Shown here: piece by piece, positions 12,400-21,890 of the stretch
Layout: every line of letters starts with the position of its first letter
How positions within the stretch are numbered: the stretch's first letter is position 1
Source: Lama guanicoe
Lineage: Eukaryota
Reading direction: 5' to 3'
Length of the DNA stretch: 64,000 bases
Assembly: GCA_013239625.1 (NCBI GenBank)
Contig: MU056063.1
Coordinates: forward strand, 8,742,122-8,806,121
Translations under genes and position numbers: made by a program
The notes under the pieces: generated by a model
The model's database searches: none
The model's input: the letters and a program-made list of their open reading frames with translations, nothing else
Told to the model about the DNA's origin: nothing

Positions 12400-12630
12400 A
12401 AAGCAACCAGCTTTGTTGTGGTACAATTAACTCACAATAAAACCCACCCACTGCCAGGGTGCAGGTGGTGAGTTGGATGATGTCTACACAACACGAACAC
12501 CTGATCATGATCGGAACCTCCCGCCCCGAGTCCCTCCTGTGCCCCCTCGTCACCCACCTGCCCCTCGGCCATGTTGGTCCCTGAGGATCCATTTGCCCAT
12601 CCAGCTCCACGTGTTGCACACCAGCCTCGA
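12400..12630 (-). mobile_element. Old L1M 3' end fragment, GC-drifted
   Basis: 'cagctttgttgtggtacaattaactcacaataaaacccaccca' resembles the antisense L1M 3' terminus. Confidence 0.5.
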
Positions 12631-13169
12631 ACACGGCCAAAGGGGAGGGGGTAGGGAAGATGGAGGCGTCTGCCCGGAGCGGACCCAGGGACACCTCACA
12701 AAAAGCCACTTCGCACAGACTGAGTGTACTGAAAACAGCAGTCTGCTCGCCATCAAAACCATCATCCTCAACAAAACTCTTCTCTCTGAGGTACTTTCTG
12801 CTCACACAGACTTGGCCTGAGGAGACACTCACAGCATAGCCCTCACTTCCGAGGACGCCAAGGTGCTGGGCCTCCAGCCTCAGGATGCATGTGTGGCCGG
12901 CGGGGCAGGGCGGGCTCAGTGGGTCACAGCTGGCAACCGGGGCCCCAGAGCTTCCTTCTGGCGGGAAAATTGCAGCCTTCAGGTGCCCTCAGCTGGTGGA
13001 AACCACGAGGGCTGAAGAGAACCCTCATTGATTTCTTTAGGAACCTGAGTTCTGGGAGTGGACCCTCAGGGCACATCCCCAACTCTCCGCCTCTCGAGGG
13101 TGTTTCCGGGCCTCAGCCTTGATGGTGACACACTATCTAATTCCGAGTGTAGGAGGTGGGTACTTACTA

Positions 13170-13272
13170 GTCCCCATTTGACTTGCTGAGCCCGTGGAGG
13201 CTCAGAGAGGTCAAGTGACTCGCCTGAGGTCACACAGACAGAGGCAGCAGAGCTGGGGCCCCAACCCAGCTG
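13170..13272 (-). mobile_element. MIR fragment
   Basis: 'gaggctcagagaggtcaagtgactcgcctgaggtcacacag...ggcagcagagctggg' is the antisense MIR core. Confidence 0.75.
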
Positions 13273-14919
13273 GGCTCCTCTTCTGTCATGCTCCTCAGCC
13301 CGGGCCCAGGGGTCCTGGGAGCACAGGCAGAGAGAGGCTGGAGGTAGCTGGAGTGGGGAAGTCGGTTCAACGTGGACTTGGTTTCCTGTAACTTCTGCAG
13401 ACCCATGAGAGCTGGACAACCCTCTCTGAGGCCAGGGGAGCCACAGGGAGCCAGGGCAGTGGGAGTCAGGGCCCCCCAGCCTCCGTTGGTGGGCTTGTTG
13501 TCCCCTCGCCCCCACCCCTATTTGTATCCAACACACCTGTTACCTCCTCTCCCCTTTGGACGGGCGCCAGCTCCACAGATGCCCGACCCCAGGCACATGG
13601 ACTCCCACCAAGAGTCGCCCCTAGGACAGAGAGGCGGGTGCCCCAAGGACCCACAGCCGCAAAGAGGGGCCGTAGTTTGGTTGTTTGCTCTGCATGTCCC
13701 GGTCCAGACCCACTGACATGGGCTTGCGGGCAGGAGGTGGTGGTGCTGGAGGAACCACAAGGTCCCCGACTCCGAGTCCTAGCCTGAAGCTGGGAGCTTG
13801 TAAATTTGGATCCTTCCTGTCAAACTCAGGGTCCTGTTCTACCGGTTTGAGAGGAGATTTTTGAGCCCTTTTTAGATTTGTTCTGGGACTGGCGGCGATG
13901 TGAGGAGGCGAACTCACAGAGGTACCCCTGGGTCAGCCAGGAGGGCCCCAAAGAAAGGGAATGGAGGAGGTCACGTCCTTGGCACAGGGTCACAGCCTGA
14001 TCCGTCCCCCATGGGTTAATTTCACGTCGATGTGAAATCAACTGCACTGCAATCTCACTGCATTCCTCTCCCCCCAGTCCTTTCCGCAAGCAGAGAGCCA
14101 GGGTCACTGAAGACATCGGACGTAGTGACATTAGGGGCTGAGACAGTGGCTCGTCTGGACAGGAAGAGTCACCCCAAGCTTAGGGGCCTGCTGCCAAGCA
14201 CACCCCGATTCTGAGCAGAATTTGCTGTGCGGGTCCCTTGGCCGATGCTGGGCTGTCTGTCAGGCGCTGGTGTCTGTTCTCCAGGCTGCAGGACGGGGCT
14301 CACGGCCCAGCACCTTCTCCGCTCAGGTCGCACCATCTGTGCCCCATGGTGTCCCAGGCCGAGCACGACGGGGCGGGCGCCATGTCCACTGCAGGTGTGC
14401 CGCTTTCTCCCGCGCACAGCAGCTGCGACGGGACAAGCCACAGGCTGAGACCCGCAGCCTCGCCTGAGTGTCGTCACCCTACATCTCACCTGGGGCAGGC
14501 GCGGGGTCCCTGCCTGCCTGTCCCTCAGGGGTGCACGGGATGAGTTTACGTGGGAGAGTTTTGCATGTGAAGCTCATAGAGATGGAGGTTCTCGGAGGCA
14601 AATGCTCCTCTGCTCTGAGCGAGCGTATTTTCTTTGAGAAAATTTAAAATAGGGTGACTGTGACCGCAAGGGTGTTGCCACGGGGCCCACACTGTTGTCT
14701 TTAACCTAAAGTGGCTGTGATTCCTGCCGGGGGTGTGGTAAGGGCTCCCATCCCCCAGGGGACAGATTTTCCCGGAGGGACATTCACGCAGTCAACAGAC
14801 CTCAGTAAGACACGCTGTGCTCGTGGCGGGGCGGGAGGGGCAGAGCTGCTCGCCGCCCGAGCTCACCAGGCGCGGGTGCTGGTCCCCCTGCACAGACGAG
14901 GAAACTGACTCCCAGCACT

Positions 14920-15090
14920 AACCCCTTGCTGGATGTATCATTTGCAATCATTTTCTCCCATTCAGCGGGCTGCCTCTCTGTTTGGCTGATGGTTCCCTTC
15001 ATTGTGCTGAAGCTTTTTAATTTGATGTCGTCCCACTTGTTTACTTTTGCTGGAGTCATTGTCGCATTTGAGTCAGACTCAAAAAAATAC
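14920..15090 (-). mobile_element. L1 ORF2 fragment, older host element, segment 1
   Basis: Minus translation AKVNKWDDIKLKSFSTMKGTISQTERQPAEWEKMIANDTSSKGL resembles L1 ORF2 (KWDxIKLKSFCT...RQPTEWEKIFAN). Confidence 0.9.
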
Positions 15091-15095
15091 CATCT

Positions 15096-15570
15096 TGGAT
15101 AAAGAAGTTGTGGTGTATGTATACAATTGAGCACTACTCCGCCATAAACAGGGAGTGAAATGATAGACCTGGCAATTGTCATTCTAAGTGAAATAAGCCA
15201 GAAACAGAAAGAAAATACCATATGATACCACTCATATGTGAATCTTAAAAAATGACACAGATTGAAGTTATTTACAAGCCAGAAACAGACTCACAGACAT
15301 AGAAGACAAACTTACGGTTACCGGGGGGAAAGTGAGGGAGGGTGGGATAAATTAGGAGTCTGGGTTTAGCACATAAAAAATACTGTATACAGAATAGATA
15401 CAGTAGGACAGCAAGATCCGACTGTACAGCACAGGGAACTATGTTCAATAGCCTGTAATAACCTATGATGAAAAGAATGATGAAGAATGTATCTGTATAA
15501 CTGCATCACTATGCTGTACACCAGAAACTAACACAACATTGTAAATCAGCTCTACTTCAATGAAAAGAAA
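15096..15570 (+). mobile_element. 5'-truncated L1 3' end nested in opposite orientation
   Basis: ORF2 end 'tggataaagaagttgtggt...ctaagtgaaataagccag', 3'UTR 'cagactcacagacataga...agcacagggaactat...aactaacacaacattgtaaatca' and A-rich end. Confidence 0.9.
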
Positions 15571-15809
15571 TCCCCCATTGTGACGTCAGGTAGCTCACCA
15601 CCTATGCTTTCCTTCAGGAGTTTTACGGTTCCAGGCCTTACATTCAAGTCTTCAATCCATTTTGAGTTAGTTTTTGTGTGTGGTGTAAGACAGTGGTCTA
15701 GTTTCATTTTCTAAATGTGGCTGTCCAGTTTTCCCACCACTGTTTATTAGAAGCTACCTTTGCCTCATTGTGTATTCTTGCCTCCTTTCTTGTTAATTAA
15801 CTGGCCATA
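15571..15809 (-). mobile_element. L1 ORF2 fragment, older host element, segment 2
   Basis: 'ttacattcaagtcttcaatccattttgagttagtttttgtg...gtccagttttcccaccac' continues the antisense ORF2 from segment 1. Confidence 0.88.
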
Positions 15810-15940
15810 TAGTTGCCCTCAGTACACTGGGGATTGGTTCCAGGACCCCTGCAGATACCAAAACCCACAGACACTCAAGTCCCTTATATAAAGTGACAGT
15901 CTGCTTGCATGCAACCTAGCCCACCCTCTGTACTTAATTT
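15810..15940 (+). mobile_element. MER2-like TcMar-Tigger MITE fragment
   Basis: Follows a TA: 'ggggattggttccaggacccctgcagataccaaaacccacagacactcaagtcccttatataaa'; a short further match at ~16080-16099. Confidence 0.8.
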
Positions 15941-16099
15941 TTTTTCCTTTTTCAGTTTTATTAGGTAGAATTATCACAGGCTGACTGCACACACACCTTA
16001 TAGTGCATGTAAGTACATATATACAGGACACTGCACATTCTTTTAGTTTACGTATATGTACTGATTATTGTTTTTAAGACCATCCTATATACTTTAAAT

Positions 16100-16345
16100 G
16101 TTCATGTCCAATTTCTTTCATTAGTGTCTTACAGTTTTTAGTTTACAGGTCTATAATTTCCTTGGTTAAATTTATTCCTAGATACTTTATTCTTTTTTTT
16201 TAAACTTATAAATGGGATTATTTTCTTAATTTCTCTTTCTGATAGTTCACTGTTAGTGCTGTTAGTGTATAACAAATAAAAGAGAGTTTTGTCCATTGAT
16301 TTTCTACCCTACAACCTTAATGAATTCATTTATTAGTTCTAACAG
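16100..16345 (-). mobile_element. L1 ORF2 fragment, older host element, segment 3
   Basis: 'ccttggttaaatttattcctagatactttattc...aaatgggatt...tcatttattagttctaacag' is typical antisense L1 ORF2. Confidence 0.85.
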
Positions 16346-16449
16346 ACATGTCCTCCCAGCCTTGGGTGCAAGTCAACTCAAATTTAAGGAACAGAATGAC
16401 CACTTACAAGAAAGTTAAATTAGCCTGTGTTCCTATGGAATCTATGGCA

Positions 16450-16830
16450 TTTTTTAAATTGTACATTAAAGTACATAACAAAAGCATATACCATTTTAAC
16501 GCTTTTTAAGTGTAGAGTTCAGTCACATTAAGCACATTCACACTTTTGTGCAACCATCCCCACCATCCATCTCTGGATCTCTCTCTTTTTCCCAACTGAA
16601 AGCCTGTCCCTATCCCCCTCCCCTCCCCCAGCGCATGGTATCCCGCCATCTGCTTTCTGTCTCTAAGAATTTGACCCCTCTGGGGGCCCGATATGAGTGG
16701 ACTCACACAGTATTTGTCCACTTGTCACCAGCTTATTTCAGTCAACATAATGTCTTCAAGGATCATCCATGTTATAGCAGCATTTTCTTCCTTTTAAAGG
16801 CTGAATAATTGCATGCATTTTTTGTTTATT
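16450..16830 (-). mobile_element. L1MB-like 3' end
   Basis: 'accattttaac...aagtgtagagttcagt...cattcacacttttgtgcaacc...ctttctgtctctaagaatttgac...cataatgtcttcaagg...tccttttaaaggctgaataa'. Confidence 0.85.
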
Positions 16831-17053
16831 CATTTAGGACTAATGGCATTTTAAAATAAATATATCTCAGGTTTTTTATTAGCTGTATTTCTGTTTTTAA
16901 ATCATTTCTAATCCTTTTTTGTGGCATTCTCAGTGGTTAATACTTAAATCACTGGCAATCCAAACAAACCACATTCTATTAATTCTACCCAGACCTCTAA
17001 TTAGCTCCCCTTAAAACTCAGAGGCCTATTCTCTTTTTAATAATTTAATATTT

Positions 17054-17525
17054 GGGGAGGTGGTTCAAGACGGCAGTGTAGGAAGATCCTGAACTCACCT
17101 CCTTGCACAGACATGACAGGTCTGCAGATACCATGTGAAAAGGATCATACACCATGATCAAGTGGGATTCATCCCAGAGATGCAAGGATGGTTCTGTATT
17201 CGCAAATCAATCAATTTGATACACCACATTCACAAAGTGAAGGATGAAAATCATATGATCATCTCAATAGATGCAGAAAAAGAATTTGGTAAAATTCAAC
17301 ATCCATTGATGATAAAAACTCTTAACAAGGTGGATTATAGATGGGTTATACCTCAGCATAATAAAGGCTGTGTGTGACAAGCTCACAGCTAAAATCAGTA
17401 TCTTGTAATAACCTGTAACGGGAAAGAATCTGAAAAAGAATATATATACGTGTAACCAAATCACTTTGCTGCTCACCTGAAACTAACACAACATTGTAAA
17501 TCAACTCTGCTTCAATTAAAAAAAA
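17054..17525 (+). mobile_element. Tripartite internally deleted mini-L1 (5' start, RT fragment, 3' end, polyA)
   Basis: 5' part ggttcaagacggcagtgtaggaagatcctgaactcacctcct; RT peptide [62 protein letters not shown]; last ~130 bp similar to 15445-15570 and ending in A8. Confidence 0.85.
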
Positions 17526-17656
17526 GTGATACTTAGGAAAGGCTGTCTAGGATCACATCCTGAGGGAAAGGGCCACACTGGGTGCCACAGGGCTCAGGCA
17601 ACACGGTGGGAGCAGTGTGAGAGAGGGTGACGGGCTGTGCCAGCAAAACTCATCAC

Positions 17657-17854
17657 NNNNNNNNNNNNNNNNNNNNNNNNNNNNNNNNNNNNNNNNNNNN
17701 NNNNNNNNNNNNNNNNNNNNNNNNNNNNNNNNNNNNNNNNNNNNNNNNNNNNNNNNNNNNNNNNNNNNNNNNNNNNNNNNNNNNNNNNNNNNNNNNNNNN
17801 NNNNNNNNNNNNNNNNNNNNNNNNNNNNNNNNNNNNNNNNNNNNNNNNNNNNNN
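17657..17854. other. Assembly gap (198 N)
   Basis: Run of n. Confidence 1.
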
Positions 17855-19069
17855 GTCCACTTAATGTTGGCAATGGTTGTAGGTGGGAGAATTAGACATT
17901 TTTTCTTGCTTTCTTCTCCGTCCTTTTTTATATTGCTTGATTTTTTCCCTATGATCATTGTCTATTTTGAAAAGAATAATGATTCTAAAGGATACTCTAA
18001 AGCAATAGCATTGACACTCATACACACATGAAATATTTGATGATTTGCTTTTCAGTTCATGGGAACCCAGCTTTCCCAGACTTCCAAATTGTCCTGTTGG
18101 CCGGAGCCCTGCAGCCATCAGTTCAGAGCACTGTCTGGTGGATCCAGTTACCCTCATGGAACACGCTTTCCTCCTGCCACTGCCTTTGGAACCTCATGGC
18201 CAGCGTGTGACTTGTGGTTCACTTTACCACAAAGACTTTTCCCCTAACTCTGGCCCATAAACAAGGATCAGATAAGGTTGGAGGACTGGTGTGGGGCTGC
18301 AGGAGCTAGTCACACCAACTGGAGAGCTCCCACGAGTGACTCAGCCCAGCCCTGAGTGCCAGGCAGGAAACACATGTTCTCGCCTCTTCCCAAGCTCCGA
18401 AGTCGGCACAGCTGGGATGACGGTGCATATAGCCTGTGATCTGTCGCGGGCAAGGGCTTCGTGCTGCCTTAGAGGCAGGTGCAACCGGAAAGTGACCTCG
18501 AATAACACGCCCCTTCCAGATGAGAGATTCTGTGAGCCCACCAAGGCTGGGGCCCTCATGTCCTGAGGCTTCCAAAGAATCCAGTGTGTCTGGGCGTAGG
18601 TAGGACTAATCTCCCTGGAACTGCAGGGAGTGGGTGCCGCAAATGGGGCACATCAGTTAGAAGGTACGTTTGTTGAGCTCTGCTGGGTCTGGGTGCCGGG
18701 TGCCAGGGAGGCAGCATTTGTGGTGACTCTGACCTCAAGAAGGAGGTCGTAGCTGCAGAGCTGAGCACCGCCGGCACAGGGACTCCCCATCCCACGAGGC
18801 AGAGCTGACAGCAGCCTCTGAGCTGGGAGCTTCTTTGATGAGGGCTGGAATCAGTCAGCAGCAGGTGAGCCAGCCAGGGCTGGATCCATCCGGGAAGTGC
18901 AGGTGACCCCTAATTCTTCTACGTTCCGACGTGCCTGCAGGTGGGACAGGTGAGGCTTCACACTCGTGCCCCCGGGGCTTTGAGCTCCTGGCAGGACACC
19001 TGCCGTCTGCCCCCCGGAGCTTGGCCTGGGCTTCCCCTCAGCTCTGAGGCCCTGCCCTCACCAGCTATT

Positions 19070-19330
19070 CTTTCTTCCTGAGAGACTCCAAACTGGAGAT
19101 GTGAGTGCAAGACATTTATTGGGGGAGCTTTGGGGACGAACACCCGTGGGCTTGAGAAGCTGGGCTGGTGCGTCCCCAGCAAAGGCCTCAGAGAGTAGTG
19201 CTGAATTGGAGCAGGGGGCCAGGAGGTGGGTGACTGGGGTGAGGCAGCTTGCTCCACCCGAGGGCAGTTGCCTGGCCGGAGACTTGGCTGGAGACCGACC
19301 GCTCACATCCATCCCCTCAGCGTCTGGAGG
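19070..19330. mobile_element. Possible decayed ERVL-class LTR fragment
   Basis: 'gagatgtgagtgcaagacatttattgggggag...aacacccgtgg' recalls old ERVL LTRs; family not resolvable by eye. Confidence 0.35.
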
Positions 19331-19899
19331 CCCATGCCCAGGCTCTCCCACACCCCAGTTCTCATGCTTGTTCACCAGACTGATAACCACCTGTCCTGGG
19401 GCTCTCAGCATCCTGAATGGCTTCCATGTAGCTCCAGGCTCTTCCCCAGAGGGCTCTTGTCATGGCTGGGGCGGGGGGGCCTCGCCCCATCTCCTGGTTG
19501 TACTGGTCCAGTCACCCTCTAGGAGCTGGTGGCCGGTGATCTCAGCACCCATCTTACACATGTCCAGGCTTGTGGACTCTAATCCCAGTGACCACACCGC
19601 AGTACTGGTACTGGAGAACCTCCACATGTGATCACAAAGAGTTGAATCTTTAGTTATTTCTGTTACCTGGACAACACAATCCGAGGTCAGATGAGAATCC
19701 AACCAAAAAGGCTTCTGTGATTATTGCATGAACAGGTAGTGAACTTCAGGAAAATGGAAAGGAATTTGGCATAAGGCAATCTTCTTGGAAAGGGGTTAGT
19801 CTTATCAGAATTTAAATGTATGTCTGAAATTCTGTGTTTCAAATCCTACATAAAATCCTGTTTATAACCCTAAATAGATACAAGCACACAGATGGAGGT

Positions 19900-20020
19900 C
19901 ATGCAGTTTAGAGGAAAGAGCATTGGACCAGGGTGGGGCCTTGGGTGAGACACCTTGCTAACAGGCCTCAGGTTCTTCACCTGTAAACTGAGGGTATTAA
20001 ACTAGATCATTTCTGAAGGA
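19900..20020 (+). mobile_element. MIR/MIR3 fragment
   Basis: 'gaggaaagagcattggacc...ggcctcaggttcttcacctgtaaactgagggtattaaactagatcatttctgaagg'. Confidence 0.65.
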
Positions 20021-20097
20021 TTAGATCTGTGATGTGCAGTGAAAACTCTTAGCAACCCTGAGTCACGGACTGCCCGACTCCATCCCAGCTGGGTACT

Positions 20098-20660
20098 GAT
20101 TAATTCAACAAACACTACTCTCCTCCCAGGGCTGTCGGGGTGTCGCACAGAATGAAAGAATGAGAAGTAAGGCCCTTGATGCTCTTACAGCCTAACAGGG
20201 CGGCTTGGACAGTGGACAAATGATTGGGAAGCTAGAATCAAGAGTATTTCCATAAGGAAGCACACACATAGGTTTTTTCTTGTTGCTATTACTTTGTTTT
20301 TTCATATTTTTTGGTGGGGGGCAGCAAGGATGAGATCAAAAGAGGAAAACAGCCCTGCTGCTGGTTGGCACCCAGAGGAGAGTTTCATGGATGAAGTGGC
20401 ATTTGATGTTGTCTTAGGGACCTGGCACATGGCAGAAAATTGCAAGTCTAGGTGCTGTACACAGAAAGGCTAAGGAAAGGAGGTAAAACGTAGGGCAGTT
20501 TCTTGGTTGCTTTGGTTAGAATGGTGGGTTCTCATGAAGGGTATTGGGAGATTAAGTGGGAAGGTAGTTTTGACAGTCATTGCAAAGGGCCTTGAACATC
20601 AGGATTTGGTTTCCATTAAGTACACAAGGTAGGGGATAAGCACTTTCTAAATAATAGGAG
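20098..20660 (-). mobile_element. Decayed L2
   Basis: 'taattcaacaaacac' 3' terminus, then 'ttcatggatgaagtggcatttga' and 'agggccttgaacatcagg...tttggtttccatt'. Confidence 0.6.
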
Positions 20661-20679
20661 GACATAAGAAATGTTTTTT

Positions 20680-21070
20680 TAAACCTCTCTTCTTCAGACT
20701 AGACAATTTCAGTTGATCAGAATTCAATTTGCTGCCTCTTTCTTCTACAACTTTTGCATGTTGTTAAGTCATATTGTACTTCTCAGTTCTAGAATTTCTT
20801 TTTTAAAAATACTTTCACTATCTCTGCTGAGATTCTCCATCAGCTCACTCATTATGTCCACCTTTTCCTTTAAGTCCTTGAACATATTAATACTGGGTGT
20901 CCCAAAGTCTTTATCCATTAATTCCAACATCTGGGTTGTCTTGGGAGGGGGTCTCTTTCTATTGTCTACTTTTTCCTGGATTATTGGGTCACATTTTCCT
21001 TCTTCTTCATGTCTGGTAATGCTTTATTGAATGCTGAACACTGTACTGGTATGCTATAGAAGATCTGCTT
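20680..21070 (-). mobile_element. Old L1M 5'/ORF1-region fragment
   Basis: T-rich 'attgtacttctcagttctagaatttc...tctctgctgagattctccatc...aattccaacatctggg...tggtaatgctttattgaatgctgaacactgt'. Confidence 0.65.
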
Positions 21071-21642
21071 TATAAAATCCGTCCATTACAGCAGCCCAGA
21101 CAGCACTGGAGGCATTTCAATGGCATAAATCTGTGTCCTGGACTGGACCATTTCCTCTTCAGAACAAGGATCTTATTCCAGAACCAGCAGGAGGATGGTG
21201 GTGCCCTGGGCAGATGGTTATGATTAGCTCTGTGATAAATGGACCACAATTTCCTTCTCTTAAAGTGCTTCTGATTTGAATGGTTCACTACTTAATGGAA
21301 TTTCACAGATGTTCTGAAGCCCACTTGCCCTCTTTGAAGTTTGGAGATCCTGCTAAGTTTGGGTGGGTATGGCCTCTACCACATTGATGCAGCCATCAGC
21401 CCTGAAACTATGCTTGGGAAATGACTCCCCACCAACTCCTCTTGGCAAAATTGTGAAACATTTGCCTTCCCCCTCCATCTTAGTCAATGCCTGCCCGTGC
21501 AGATCTACGCTTCATCTGGGGTTTTACCCACTTTTGTCAACCCATTCCCTCACTGGGAAGACCATTTTGTACAGAAATTTGTACTAGGCTGTGAGTGGCT
21601 GGCCCACCTCCCCTCGGTAAGCACTCACAACTAGTTTCAGTA

Positions 21643-21890
21643 ATAGTGTTGTAGTGATTGTAAGTACAGGACTCTGAAGTCAGATTTCCTGGGTTCCAAT
21701 TCTGGTTCAATCATTTACAAGCTATGTGACTTTGCGCAGATTAACTATCTCTGTACCTCAGTTGTCTCATTAGTAACATTATGAGTATTAATAGAACCCA
21801 CTCAGAATGTAAGGATTAAGTGAGACGGTATGTATCAAGTGCTTATAACAGTGCTTGGTGCATAGAAAGTGCCGGTGAATACAAGCTATT
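21643..21890 (+). mobile_element. Near full-length MIR
   Basis: 'caggactctgaagtcagatttcctgggttccaattctgg...gctatgtgactttgcgcag...tctctgtacctcagtt...aagtgcttataacagtgcttggtgcatag'. Confidence 0.85.

Noticed and set aside
17135-17377. Reverse-transcriptase ORF as a functional or domesticated gene
   Set aside because: 80-codon GTG-start fragment, frameshifted and lacking the catalytic FADD motif.
17553-18031. ORFs spanning X runs
   Set aside because: Artefacts of the 198-N gap.
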